Assembly (NCBI GenBank): GCA_963696305.1
Contig: CAVOJX010000015.1
Location: forward strand, 44,505 to 108,504
DNA length: 64,000 nucleotides
Origin: Bryobacterales bacterium
Lineage (GTDB): Bacteria > Acidobacteriota > Terriglobia > Bryobacterales > Bryobacteraceae
Direction of reading: 5' to 3'
Shown here: piece by piece, positions 27,704 to 37,312 of the stretch
Layout of the letters: each line of letters starts with the position of its first letter
Numbering within the stretch: the first letter of the stretch is position 1
Made by a program: the position numbers and the translations under genes
The notes under the pieces: generated by a model
Database searches by the model: none
Seen by the model: the letters and a program-made list of their open reading frames with translations, nothing else
Told to the model about the DNA's origin: nothing

Positions 27704-30700
27704 TTAGAAAATGAACTTCATTGCTAGTTGTAGCAGGCGAGGCGGAGCTGCCTGCAAGATTTGCCCAAAGTCCGGAGACGCCAGATCGTTCTCCGGCAGC
27801 ATAAAGTTCGGATGATTCACCACGTTGAAAGCCTCGACCCGCAATTGCACCCGCGACGATTCTGTTACTGCGAAGTTCTTGAAAAGCGAGAGATCAACCG
27901 TCGCCAGCCCAGGTCCGCGTATCGCATTCCGGCCCTCGTTTCCAAACTCTCCCGGATTCGCTTGCGGCGTCAATTCTTGGAAAGCGCTGCGGCTCACCCA
28001 CTCATTAGGCGTGTGCGGTCCGTTGTTCGGATTCGACAACAAATTGGGGCGGCTTGAATAAAATCCTGTGATCTCTGGTGAAGTTCCCTCCTCCGGCGCA
28101 TTGTCGCTGTCATAAACTGTGAATGGCGTACCCGAGCTTAAGCTGATAATCGTGTTCAGCTGCCATCCATTCAGTATTTGCCGCGCTGCATACGGTGCTG
28201 TCTTCCACTGAGGTAGTGCATAGGTTCCACTCAACACAAATCGGTTCGTTGCATCAAAGAGCGACGGTCCATGCTCCGCGCGCAAGTCAAATGGGTTCTG
28301 AGCCAAATCGTTCTCGCCTGCCACCAGTGTGGGTGCCGAGCCTGCAATATTCAGCGAAGATACATAATCTAAGCTCTTTGACCACCAGTACGATGCTTGA
28401 AAAGACAGTCTTGAGCTCAACTGCCGCGAAAGCGAAACCTGCAGCGCGTTGTAAGTGGAGCTGTTGTTGTCGGCAATCAATCCCACCGAAGCGAACGCAC
28501 AGGAACCGGCCGCATTGCAATCCGCATATTCGCGTCGCTGATCGGCGTTGTTTGTTGTCGCTCCTAGACCGAAAATAGATGGATTGGCTTCAATAAATCG
28601 CGGTAAGTGCGTTCCCTTATTGCCCACATACCGGATATCCAGCAAGTAAGAACTGGCGAATACGTGTTCCACCGAGAAATTCCAGTTTTGCGAGTATGGC
28701 GGCAGCATGCCGGATTGAACTGTCAGTACCGTGGCTGGCCGCACAAATTGTTGTAGGTCGAACGGAGGCGTAGCGCCATTGTAAGGATTCGCGAAGTTCA
28801 TACCCGGTCCGGGTAGCTGATAGGCCTCAGTCCACGGCAGCGCGCTCACTCCAGCTTGTAACGGCCCTCCGGTCCCGTTCGTATAGCCATCGTAGAATAT
28901 CCCATAACCCGCCCTTATCGTTGTCTTCGCATTGCCAGTCGGGTCCCACGCTAACCCAATCCTCGGCATGAACTCTTTGTAGTCCACGGCGGCAATCCCT
29001 GCCGGAACGCCCTTATCGCCTGGAAATAGCAGCCCTTCTGGCGCACTCGGATCCACTACTGACTGCCGCCCAGGTGCCCACGCGTTCAAGCGCTTGCGGA
29101 TGTCTGTGAACGGAGTATTCACTTCATACCGAAGTCCGTAACTCAGCGTCAGCTTCGAGTTAACGCGCCATTCATCCTGCGCATAACCTCCTACAATCCA
29201 CTTACGCAGGCCGCGGTTAAAATCCCCTCCTCCCTGAAAGAATTGCACCGGCTGACCTAACAGGAAACTGGCAAACGAATCACTCGCCGGGAAAGGTGCA
29301 AATACAAAAAAGCCGTTGGTGGCAATCCCCAGCAATACGTTGATTTGCTGCCGGTCCACATCCATCCCGAATTTCAGGTTGTGTGTACCGTGCGTCCATG
29401 CCAGCGAATAGTATCCTTGATAATCATTCTGATAAGTATTCTGCGGTCCCGTGATCGGGTTGCCAATATCCGAATAGCCGCTAATAATCAGGTACGGATC
29501 GCCTAACTCCGAGGCCAGCGTAGGTTGGTAAGTGAATCCAAGATCGCTGGCAGGGCTATGATTCGTTGCCGCTCCCTCCAAAAAGACGTTGCGAAAGAAT
29601 GCCACTCGCGCTGTTTGCACTAATGCGGGAGAAAACAGGTGAACATATGACACCGTGGCTGAGTTCGTAGTGATATTGTCTGTCACCGGAAATCCGGGAA
29701 CTCCGGAGCCATTAATCGGCAGCGGATCTAACTCGTGCTGGGACGACGTTGAGTAGCGTGCAAAAAGCTGATCGCTATTGTCGAAGTAGTGATCCAGCCT
29801 AAAACCGCCTTGATCGTAGTTATTAGTCAGCAATTGCGTCGACGAATAAAGCTCCGGCCCGATATTCGGCAGCGGAATCAGCGCTTCTGCCTTAAGTGCA
29901 ATCGGGTTCAGTAGAAATGGCGGAATTACACCCGAAACTCCGTTATAACTGAATGGCTGACCCGCAAATTCATTGATCAGCGGTTCAGGATTTCCATTGC
30001 TGTCGATCAGTCCAGAGAAGTCGCCCGCGCGCTCCGCCGCCGTCGGAACAATCGCCGTCCGCGTTTCTCCTTGCTCGCTGCGCTGCCCTTCGTAATACGC
30101 GAAAAAGAAATCCCGGTTGCGCCTGATCGGTCCTCCGAAAGTCGCGCCAAATTGATTCTGACGCAGGGGTTCAGTTGACGCCGCAAAGAAGTTGCGAGCG
30201 TCCATCGCATTGTTCCTCAAATAGTCGTACACATCGCCGTGAAACTGATTGGTGCCCGATTTCGTCACCACGCTCGTCGTAGCACCGCTCGTTTCTCCAT
30301 ATTCCGGAGGAGCGTTGGATGTCAGTATTCGGAACTCCGTCACCGCGTCCGGAGGCGTACGAATCGCAAATCCTCCGTTCACGCTATCGACGTTGCTCAC
30401 TCCGTCAAGCAGATAGTTATTCGATTCGGGTGGCTCGCCATTCACCGCATACGCTTGGTTCTGGCGTGCAATACCACCAGCCTGCAACAGGCCGAATGTC
30501 AAAGGTGCTACGCCCGGCTGCAGCAGCCCCAATTGAGTTAGATTGCGCCCATTCAATGGCAAATCGACCGCGTCATGCGCCGAGATCACGTTTCCAATCG
30601 CCGAACTAACATCCACAGTTGCGGCCATCGCGCTCACTTCTTCTGTCTGTTTTGTTCCTGCCACCGTCAAGGTTACAGGTAAATTGACCACCCGATCCAC

Positions 30701-30997
30701 ATCTAAGCCAATGCCGGTCGTCTCAAAATCCGCGAAGCCCTTCGTCACTATCCGTAAGCGATATGTTCCCACCGGAAGGTACGAGAAGCGGAACTCACCG
30801 CTGGCCGACGAATTCTGATCCGCGCCAAATCCCGTAGATAAGTTCGTGACGGTGATCTGTGCTTTCGGCACTAAGGCGCCCGATGGATCAGTGATCTTCC
30901 CTTCAACTATGCCGGTAGGATCTTGGCAAAGCGCGAGCGACGTGAAAAGTGACAAAAAAGAAAGACCGGCCAAGGGCCGTTTGAATAATTGCAACAT
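27704..30997 (-). CDS. TonB-dependent-type outer-membrane receptor with N-terminal CarboxypepD_reg domain (Oar-like)
   Basis: Signal peptide, carboxypeptidase-regulatory-like Ig domain (GKITDPSGALVPKAQITVTN...GEFRFSYLPVGTYRL), plug region, about 1100 aa, terminal aromatic residue (KFIF). Confidence 0.9.
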   Translation of the reverse strand: MLQLFKRPLAGLSFLSLFTSLALCQDPTGIVEGKITDPSGALVPKAQITVTNLSTGFGADQNSSASGEFRFSYLPVGTYRLRIVTKGFADFETTGIGLDVDRVVNLPVTLTVAGTKQTEEVSAMAATVDVSSAIGNVISAHDAVDLPLNGRNLTQLGLLQPGVAPLTFGLLQAGGIARQNQAYAVNGEPPESNNYLLDGVSNVDSVNGGFAIRTPPDAVTEFRILTSNAPPEYGETSGATTSVVTKSGTNQFHGDVYDYLRNNAMDARNFFAASTEPLRQNQFGATFGGPIRRNRDFFFAYYEGQRSEQGETRTAIVPTAAERAGDFSGLIDSNGNPEPLINEFAGQPFSYNGVSGVIPPFLLNPIALKAEALIPLPNIGPELYSSTQLLTNNYDQGGFRLDHYFDNSDQLFARYSTSSQHELDPLPINGSGVPGFPVTDNITTNSATVSYVHLFSPALVQTARVAFFRNVFLEGAATNHSPASDLGFTYQPTLASELGDPYLIISGYSDIGNPITGPQNTYQNDYQGYYSLAWTHGTHNLKFGMDVDRQQINVLLGIATNGFFVFAPFPASDSFASFLLGQPVQFFQGGGDFNRGLRKWIVGGYAQDEWRVNSKLTLSYGLRYEVNTPFTDIRKRLNAWAPGRQSVVDPSAPEGLLFPGDKGVPAGIAAVDYKEFMPRIGLAWDPTGNAKTTIRAGYGIFYDGYTNGTGGPLQAGVSALPWTEAYQLPGPGMNFANPYNGATPPFDLQQFVRPATVLTVQSGMLPPYSQNWNFSVEHVFASSYLLDIRYVGNKGTHLPRFIEANPSIFGLGATTNNADQRREYADCNAAGSCAFASVGLIADNNSSTYNALQVSLSRQLSSRLSFQASYWWSKSLDYVSSLNIAGSAPTLVAGENDLAQNPFDLRAEHGPSLFDATNRFVLSGTYALPQWKTAPYAARQILNGWQLNTIISLSSGTPFTVYDSDNAPEEGTSPEITGFYSSRPNLLSNPNNGPHTPNEWVSRSAFQELTPQANPGEFGNEGRNAIRGPGLATVDLSLFKNFAVTESSRVQLRVEAFNVVNHPNFMLPENDLASPDFGQILQAAPPRLLQLAMKFIF

Positions 30998-31282
30998 GTG
31001 AGGCTTCTGAGCAGGTTATAAGACAAACCGATCATTAGTCTTGGGCCTGCGGATCGAAGTTTTCGTCCATCCTCGGATGTATGGTAGATGTCCTGGTCCC
31101 GCTTACCGTTCGCCTCTCTCAAATGACAGCTTTGCTCGATACTCCGATTGCTGAGACTTGGCGTGCGTGTGATCGCCGATGTTTGATGCAGCTGCCAGTT
31201 TTGAAGGTGAATCTAGATGCCGAAATGAATCCGCAGTACGGTCAAACCGAAAACCTCAGCTTCATCAACCACACCACGCGAA

Positions 31283-32344
31283 TCAGATCCGAATAACCCA
31301 ATTCTTCTTGTAAAGCCCCCAAGCAGCCAAATACATCAGCAATGTAAATGCCAGCGCCCATAACAGCGATGCAATATACGGATTGCCCACCGGCGCAAAT
31401 AAAGTCCGGTAAAGCCAATCCTGCACCGTAATCCCCAGCGCCTCAGCCAGCAACTCCGAAAGCATGTAAATCGCGATCGCATTGCGACCAAAAATAAGAA
31501 ACGGTTTAAAGAACCGAGTCTTGCCGCAAATGTCCAACACCCACACAAACATCGCCAGAAGCACAAAGTCCAACCCTGCCATGAATAGGGAGAACGAACT
31601 GGTCCAAAGCTTCTTGTTAATCGGCAGCCATACATTGCAGATCATGCCCAGCGCCAGCAGCCCATTCCCGGCCACCAGCAAAATCGTTGTGCGCTCCGTC
31701 ATCGCTCTCGTAGATCGCACTATTCCCCCCGCCAAGATCCCAAACAATGCTGTAGCAATCGCGGGCAGGGTACTGACAATGCCCTCCGGGTCCCACGTCT
31801 TTGTGTTCGCATAGTTGTGTTTTCCCAAAACTACGCTGTCCACGTAGTGCGCCAGATTGCCTTCCACATCTAGCCTGCCCGCGCCATAACCGGGCACAGG
31901 TACCAACGTCATCAACAGCCAGTAACTGATTAGCAGAAAAACAATCCACCCGCCAATCCACTTCCAACTCGAACTGCGCATGTAAATCAACGACGCCGCG
32001 AAGTAGCAAATCGCAATCCGTTGCAACACCCCGAGAACACGCATCGTGGAAAAGTCGAAGTAGGGAAACAAATAAACCAGCAGACCAAGCGCATAGATAA
32101 TCGCGCTGCGGCGCAGAATCTTCCCAAACGAGTGCGGCGCCAGCGTAATCGCAATGCCCACAATGAAAAGAAAAGTGGGAAAAACAACGTCTGTGATTGT
32201 CCACCCATTCCAGAGTGAGTGTGACAGCGGCGTAAACGTGTGGTCGCCATCCCCCGCATTATTCACCAACACCATCAGGGCGATCGTCGCTCCACGAAAC
32301 GCATCAATGGATTGCAATCGATTCGGCTTCGGCTGAACATTCAT
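31283..32344 (-). CDS. Membrane acyltransferase, heparan-alpha-glucosaminide N-acetyltransferase-like (DUF1624/DUF5009)
   Basis: N-terminal RLQSIDAFRGATIALMVLVNN...W.G....D.VFPTFLF motif, multi-pass membrane protein. ATGA overlap with the ligase stop. Confidence 0.75.
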   Translation of the reverse strand: MNVQPKPNRLQSIDAFRGATIALMVLVNNAGDGDHTFTPLSHSLWNGWTITDVVFPTFLFIVGIAITLAPHSFGKILRRSAIIYALGLLVYLFPYFDFSTMRVLGVLQRIAICYFAASLIYMRSSSWKWIGGWIVFLLISYWLLMTLVPVPGYGAGRLDVEGNLAHYVDSVVLGKHNYANTKTWDPEGIVSTLPAIATALFGILAGGIVRSTRAMTERTTILLVAGNGLLALGMICNVWLPINKKLWTSSFSLFMAGLDFVLLAMFVWVLDICGKTRFFKPFLIFGRNAIAIYMLSELLAEALGITVQDWLYRTLFAPVGNPYIASLLWALAFTLLMYLAAWGLYKKNWVIRI

Positions 32345-33861
32345 TGGATAGATGAATGATACAGCGCTTCCAGCGCAGAGATTTCATCAGCCTCATCCGC
32401 CGTCTTGTCTTTACGCCAGCGCACTATCCGTGGACACCGCAGGGCGTACCCGCCTTTGTGACGCGCACTCCGCTGCACGCCATCGAAAGCCACTTCCAAA
32501 ACCACATCCGGTTTTACCAGAATTACCCGCCGCCCGAACTTTTCCGTCCTTCCTGCGCGCAGAACTCTGCTCAACTCCTTCACCTCGGCGACCTTCAATC
32601 CGGAATCGGTTTTCCCTACATTCGCAAATCCATCCGCGCTTCGAACCGCAATCGTGTAAGCGGAAAAATAGAGGGCGTTGTTTCCTGTTCCTCGTTCGGC
32701 CGCCGAAATCACCACGTCCAATGTTGCGAAAGCCCGTTTCAACTTCTGCCATGCCCCGCTGCGCTTTCCCGGTTCGTACAGGCTCCCTTTTCGCTTCAAC
32801 ACCAGGCCTTCATTGCCACGCGCTATCGCCTCTTTGAAAATCCGTCCCAACGCTTCTGTGTCGCCCGCGGCTCTCTGCTCTGAAACTCTCAGCATCACGG
32901 GCGAACCCCGCATCATGGTTTCTAAAGCGCCGCGGCGAACCTCCAGTGGCTCATCCATAATTAACCTGCCGTTGTGATAAATCGCATCGTAAGCCACGAA
33001 CACAACCTCCGCAACAGCCTTCTTAGCGATGCGCTGCTCAAGCAAATTAAAATCCTGAGGACGCCCGTCGCGCCACGCAACAATCTCTCCATCAACCACG
33101 CCGCTGCCCCCAATCCTTGCGCCTGCCTCAACAATCTCATGAAACGAGCGAGTTATATCCTCCATGCCACGCGAAAATATCTGCACGTGTCCGTTGTCAA
33201 AATGAACCTGCGCCCGGACTCCGTCAAACTTGTCCTCCACCATCCACATCTCCGGCTCCGTCAAGTCGTCTGGCCGCCCCAATGTCTTCGCCAGCATGAA
33301 TTCCATCGGATGAAAAATTCTCTCGGCAGATACCTCGCATGCCAGCGCCCGCGCCTCTTCCACCATGCGATGCGTCAATCCAATGCGAAGTGTACGCGTT
33401 AGACATCTAATGAAATACTTGATCGTCAGCGGCTTATATCGGCGATATATTTCAACCAACAGATCCTGCTTTTTAGAAGCATTCGCCAGCCGTTGATAAA
33501 GTTCGCAAGCCTCTTCCAGCGACATCGGCGTCTCCACCGCGATGCCGCTCAGCAAAAGACACGCCGTCTCACCCGCATCCCCCGTCGCATCGAAGCACGC
33601 GCGCATCGTGTCACCATCCCAGCCAACAGCCGTCTGCAGCGCGTGACGAATAATGCCTCGGCTAATCGATATCGTGCGCTTTTCTGCTGTCTGGAAAAGC
33701 GAATGCTTCACTTCAACCGTCGGTCCGGTCCCCAGTAACTGGACCGCCGTTTGCAAATCCGTTTCCTCTAACGCCTTTAGATAAGCGGCCAAAATCTCAA
33801 TCTTCTTCGCTTTACCAGGAAAACGCGCTATATCTTCGCAAACCACGGCTAGCCCGTCCAC
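32341..33861 (-). CDS. ATP-dependent DNA ligase (ligase-associated DNA damage response type)
   Basis: Adenylation motif I EDKFDGVR, motif-V-like EGLVLKR, about 506 aa, abuts the exonuclease gene. GTG start. Confidence 0.9.
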   Translation of the reverse strand: MDGLAVVCEDIARFPGKAKKIEILAAYLKALEETDLQTAVQLLGTGPTVEVKHSLFQTAEKRTISISRGIIRHALQTAVGWDGDTMRACFDATGDAGETACLLLSGIAVETPMSLEEACELYQRLANASKKQDLLVEIYRRYKPLTIKYFIRCLTRTLRIGLTHRMVEEARALACEVSAERIFHPMEFMLAKTLGRPDDLTEPEMWMVEDKFDGVRAQVHFDNGHVQIFSRGMEDITRSFHEIVEAGARIGGSGVVDGEIVAWRDGRPQDFNLLEQRIAKKAVAEVVFVAYDAIYHNGRLIMDEPLEVRRGALETMMRGSPVMLRVSEQRAAGDTEALGRIFKEAIARGNEGLVLKRKGSLYEPGKRSGAWQKLKRAFATLDVVISAAERGTGNNALYFSAYTIAVRSADGFANVGKTDSGLKVAEVKELSRVLRAGRTEKFGRRVILVKPDVVLEVAFDGVQRSARHKGGYALRCPRIVRWRKDKTADEADEISALEALYHSSIQ

Positions 33862-34860
33862 TCAGCCTTCGTCCTCCACACCGCTGCGCTCCGAAGTTCG
33901 CTCCGGTGCCGCCGCCGAAATGCCGCGCGTTTGTAGAATATGCGCAAACGCTTCGGTATACCCATGCACCACATCCACATGCTTCGCGCCCGATTGTTCC
34001 ACTAATGCCAGTAACTCGTCGAAATCCGCGTGGTCGGAGTAGGGAATTAACTCTTCCGCTCCGCCTCTGGTGCGCGCATTATCAACCGCCGCCCAGCCCG
34101 AAACGTACGCTTCACGCAAATTCCTTCCGCTGGCCTTCAAAACCTCCGTGTGTCCAGGAACTACCACCAGCGCTTTGCCTGCAATGTTCTTGGCGTCATA
34201 CGGCTCCCATCCCGGAAACTGAAAGCCATGCTCCTCATACACAGGAATGTATCTCGCAATCGCTCCATGCACTGCAACTTGAAATCCCGCGTTCGTAAGC
34301 ACGTGCACAATCTCCTGTCCGCGGCCCAGCGCATATCCGGTGAACGCTGGAATCTGACCCAATGCAAAACACTCCCGCGCAAAGCCGATAATTCTCGCTT
34401 GCGCCTGTTCACGCGAAACGAATTTGTAAATCGGCAGGCCAAACGTAGATTCAATAATCAAATGGTCGCAAGCAATAACCTGCGTTCCCGCACCCGCCAA
34501 CCCCGGCCGCAACTTTATGTCACCCGTATAAACCAGTCGCTCGCCTCGAAACTCCACCAGCAGTTGCGCCGCTCCCAGAATGTGGCTTGCCGGGTATGCG
34601 CTAAGCGTCGCGCCGTTCCAGCGAATGCCTTCGCCAAATTCCAGCGTCAGCATCTGCGGCGATATCCCATTCTCCGGCACATACACACGCATCTGGTACA
34701 GCCGCAGCGTTGCCGGAGTTCCAATCGCTAAACGGTGGTTGCCGCGCGCATGGTCGCTATGCGCGTGTGAAATCCACGTAGCGTCGCACGGCTGCGTATT
34801 GTCCAGCCAGAGATCGATCTCTGGAAGATAAATGCCGCTCTCGGTGAAGTCAACGCGCAC
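33862..34860 (-). CDS. Ligase-associated DNA damage response exonuclease (metallo-beta-lactamase fold)
   Basis: MBL motif ISHAHSDHARG, about 330 aa, directly upstream of and contiguous with the ATP-dependent ligase. Confidence 0.8.
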   Translation of the reverse strand: MRVDFTESGIYLPEIDLWLDNTQPCDATWISHAHSDHARGNHRLAIGTPATLRLYQMRVYVPENGISPQMLTLEFGEGIRWNGATLSAYPASHILGAAQLLVEFRGERLVYTGDIKLRPGLAGAGTQVIACDHLIIESTFGLPIYKFVSREQAQARIIGFARECFALGQIPAFTGYALGRGQEIVHVLTNAGFQVAVHGAIARYIPVYEEHGFQFPGWEPYDAKNIAGKALVVVPGHTEVLKASGRNLREAYVSGWAAVDNARTRGGAEELIPYSDHADFDELLALVEQSGAKHVDVVHGYTEAFAHILQTRGISAAAPERTSERSGVEDEG

Positions 34861-34865
34861 AACGT

Positions 34866-36101
34866 CTAAACATCAGATGCCAACAGACCGTGTGTCGTGC
34901 CTTTTCTCCTGCCGCCCATCAAGTGCGATTCAAACATAATCAAAATGGCAAGTATCAAAACCACAACCGACGCAATCGCCGGAATCAGCATTACCCAGCG
35001 CATGCCGAAATACTCAGCCACGTAGCCCAGCAGCCAGGGTGTCGCCATCGCTCCCGTCATCGCAAATGAGATCGCGCCGCTGTAAAACCCAGGATGGTAG
35101 GAAAACCGGTGATCAAGCCGCTCGGCCATCAGCGGATAAATCGCCGCATGCCCTAATCCAATCACCACCGCCGCGACCACTGCCAAAAAAGTCACTCCGG
35201 TTATGCTCAACAATAAATAACCGAACATCGCAGTCAAAGTGCTGAAAATCAACATTTTCCTGTGACTCACAATTGGCAGTAACGCTTGAATCACAAGTCG
35301 TCCAATAATGAGCGCTAGAAAATAAAGCCCCAGTGCACCAATCGCTACTACCGGACTCGATCCCAGTGTTCGAGTCATAAATATCGGTAGCCATCCGCCA
35401 ATCGCCCACTCGCAAGCGAACTGGAAGAATATCAACAAACTGATTAACATCGTCGCGATACTGCGAAGATCCTTCAGCGTATCCCGCAAAATATCATCAT
35501 TCGCTCGGCGCGGCGGTTTCCTCGCAGGCTCGAAGCGGTCCAAAATCAAAATCGGTAAATAAACTGCCGGAAAAATCGCCAGCAAAAGCGGCTGAATATG
35601 TATGGAGCCGGAAAAATAAGTGCTGCCGATAACAAACGCCGCGATCAATCCGCCGCCCACAAAAAGTGCGCCTGCCAGGTTCGCTGCCACCGCCGGTTGC
35701 GACTCAAATCGTGATTCATTTGCAAAAAAAAGTGCGTATGTCAGTGCCCCTGCCGCTGCGCCCGCCGCCGCTAAAGAATAAATTCGCCAAGCTTCCGGAA
35801 CCGGCGGCGCGCACCAAGCCAAACTCAGCAGAGAAAGCAGTGCCAAACCCGTCGCCCAAATCCCCACTGTTCGTACCGGAATGCGCCCCAGCAAACGCTG
35901 CGCCCCTTGAGACGATACGACGAACCCCGCGCCCATTGCCAGGAAATGCGTCCCCACCGAACTCGATTCTTCTTCAATGTGATAGTGCCAAACCATCACC
36001 AGCGACCCCAGCATCCCAAGCAGAATACCCAGCAGTAGGAACCCGGCCATCCAGGCGGCGGAGCCCGACTTGTAATATTCCTCAGCTGTTGTCGTTGACA
36101 C
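34866..36101 (-). CDS. MFS-type membrane transporter
   Basis: 411 aa, about 12 hydrophobic helices. First gene of the minus-strand exonuclease/ligase string. Confidence 0.75.
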   Translation of the reverse strand: MSTTTAEEYYKSGSAAWMAGFLLLGILLGMLGSLVMVWHYHIEEESSSVGTHFLAMGAGFVVSSQGAQRLLGRIPVRTVGIWATGLALLSLLSLAWCAPPVPEAWRIYSLAAAGAAAGALTYALFFANESRFESQPAVAANLAGALFVGGGLIAAFVIGSTYFSGSIHIQPLLLAIFPAVYLPILILDRFEPARKPPRRANDDILRDTLKDLRSIATMLISLLIFFQFACEWAIGGWLPIFMTRTLGSSPVVAIGALGLYFLALIIGRLVIQALLPIVSHRKMLIFSTLTAMFGYLLLSITGVTFLAVVAAVVIGLGHAAIYPLMAERLDHRFSYHPGFYSGAISFAMTGAMATPWLLGYVAEYFGMRWVMLIPAIASVVVLILAILIMFESHLMGGRRKGTTHGLLASDV

Positions 36102-36200
36102 GTCTCAAACCTGAATTTACACTAAAGACATCACTGAGGAAGGAGGTGGTCCAGGAATAATGAATTCTGGTAGTGAATGTAACATACCCACGCGTGAGGT

Positions 36201-36288
36201 GGCTGACTCTTAAGAGTCGCCCTCTTACGCTCAGTGCGAATCGATAGCCTCGACTCTCGTGCCGCCGGCAAGAGGGTCGGGGCTTTTT
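36201..36288 (+). promoter_or_regulatory. Attenuator-like structured element upstream of rpmE (three mutually exclusive hairpins, last one + U5)
   Basis: H1 pairs 36201-36209 with 36214-36221 and contains the perfect palindrome GACTCTTAAGAGTC. The alternative helix pairs AGAGTCG 36213-19 with CGACTCT 36251-57. The terminator pairs GCCTCGACTC 36247-56 with GGGTCGGGGC 36274-83 (10 bp, 2 G-U) followed by TTTTT 36284-88. Confidence 0.4.
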
Positions 36289-36349
36289 GCGCCTGTTCGT
36301 GATATATTTAAACTTACCCACCGATTTTTCTCGAAAGGATTCAGGACAA

Positions 36350-36616
36350 ATGAAAGCAGGGATTCATCCCGCCTACGACGACGTGAAAGTGATTTGCGCA
36401 TGTGGCTCGACGTTTGCCACCCGCTCCACTCACAAGGGCGACCTGCGCGTTGAAATCTGTTCCAGCTGCCACCCGTTCTTCACCGGACGCCAGAAGCTGG
36501 TAGACACCGAAGGCCGCGTTGATCGCTTCCAAAAGAAGGCTGCCAAGGCAAAAGAAATGCAAGCGCAGAAAAAAGCTTCCGTCGATGCCAAAGCGGCAAA
36601 GAAGCTCGTCAACTAA
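36350..36616 (+). CDS. rpmE: 50S ribosomal protein L31 (Zn-ribbon type A)
   Basis: [22 protein letters not shown]...[15 protein letters not shown] 36350 is preceded by aaagga. The ORF-track start at 36287 is an upstream extension. Confidence 0.95.
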   Translation: MKAGIHPAYDDVKVICACGSTFATRSTHKGDLRVEICSSCHPFFTGRQKLVDTEGRVDRFQKKAAKAKEMQAQKKASVDAKAAKKLVN

Positions 36617-36639
36617 CCAGATCTTTATACTTGCAAGCA

Positions 36640-36675
36640 AGCGCCGCGTCCAAAAGATGCGGCGCTTTTCTCTTT
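36640..36675 (+). terminator. Intrinsic (possibly bidirectional) terminator between rpmE and the converging regulator gene
   Basis: AGCGCCGCGTC-CAAAA-GATGCGGCGCT (11-bp stem including one G-U) followed by TTTCTCTTT. Confidence 0.7.
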
Positions 36676-37303
36676 ACTGTGGTGCCACCAACCCCTTGCG
36701 GATCGCAAACAGCACCAGTTCGGCAGTCCGGTGAATATTCATCTTCTCCATCAAATTCGCCCGATGTACCGAAACCGTGTTCACTGAAAGGTCCAGCAGC
36801 GTAGCAATCTCTTTATTTGATTTCCCTTGCGCAATCAACTGCAAAACCTGCTTTTCGCGCGAAGTCAGCTTGCGTAGTTCGTCATCCAGCTCACCCACCA
36901 CGTACTTCACGCCTGAACTCATAAATCTGCGTCCTTGCGAAACCGTACGAATAGCGCCCACCAAATCCACGTCAATCGCGCTCTTTAGCAAATACCCCTT
37001 CGCGCCCGCATCCAATGCATTGCGCACATAATTATCGTCGGCATGCATGCTCAGCACCAGAATCTCCGTGCCTGGAATATCTTTTAAGATCTCCTTCGTC
37101 GCCTGAATGCCATCCAGTTCCGGCATCGACAGATCCATCACCACCACACGCGGCCTTAATTCGCGGGTAAGCTTAATGGCGTCCACACCGTTGCTCGCTT
37201 CACCCACAACTTTAATTCCCTCCTCGTCCTCCAACAGCCGTCTGAAACCGCTTCGCACCAGTGCGTGATCATCAGCCAATAATACGGTTATTTCTTCGCT
37301 CAT
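36674..37303 (-). CDS. NarL/FixJ-family response regulator
   Basis: REC (LLADDH, VVVMDLSMP) plus LuxR HTH (LTSREKQVLQLIAQGKSNKEIATLLDLSVNTVSVHRANLMEKM). Confidence 0.9.
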   Translation of the reverse strand: MSEEITVLLADDHALVRSGFRRLLEDEEGIKVVGEASNGVDAIKLTRELRPRVVVMDLSMPELDGIQATKEILKDIPGTEILVLSMHADDNYVRNALDAGAKGYLLKSAIDVDLVGAIRTVSQGRRFMSSGVKYVVGELDDELRKLTSREKQVLQLIAQGKSNKEIATLLDLSVNTVSVHRANLMEKMNIHRTAELVLFAIRKGLVAPQ

Positions 37304-37312
37304 AAAAAATCT

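Noticed and set aside
36131-36290. tRNA-Sec (selC) or other tRNA in the rpmE upstream region. GTGAGGTGGCTGACTCTTAAGAGTC superficially resembles the E. coli selC D/anticodon region.
   Set aside because: The hairpin has a 4-nt loop with no UCA anticodon in a 7-nt loop. There is no T-arm (GTTCRA) and no acceptor stem pairing.
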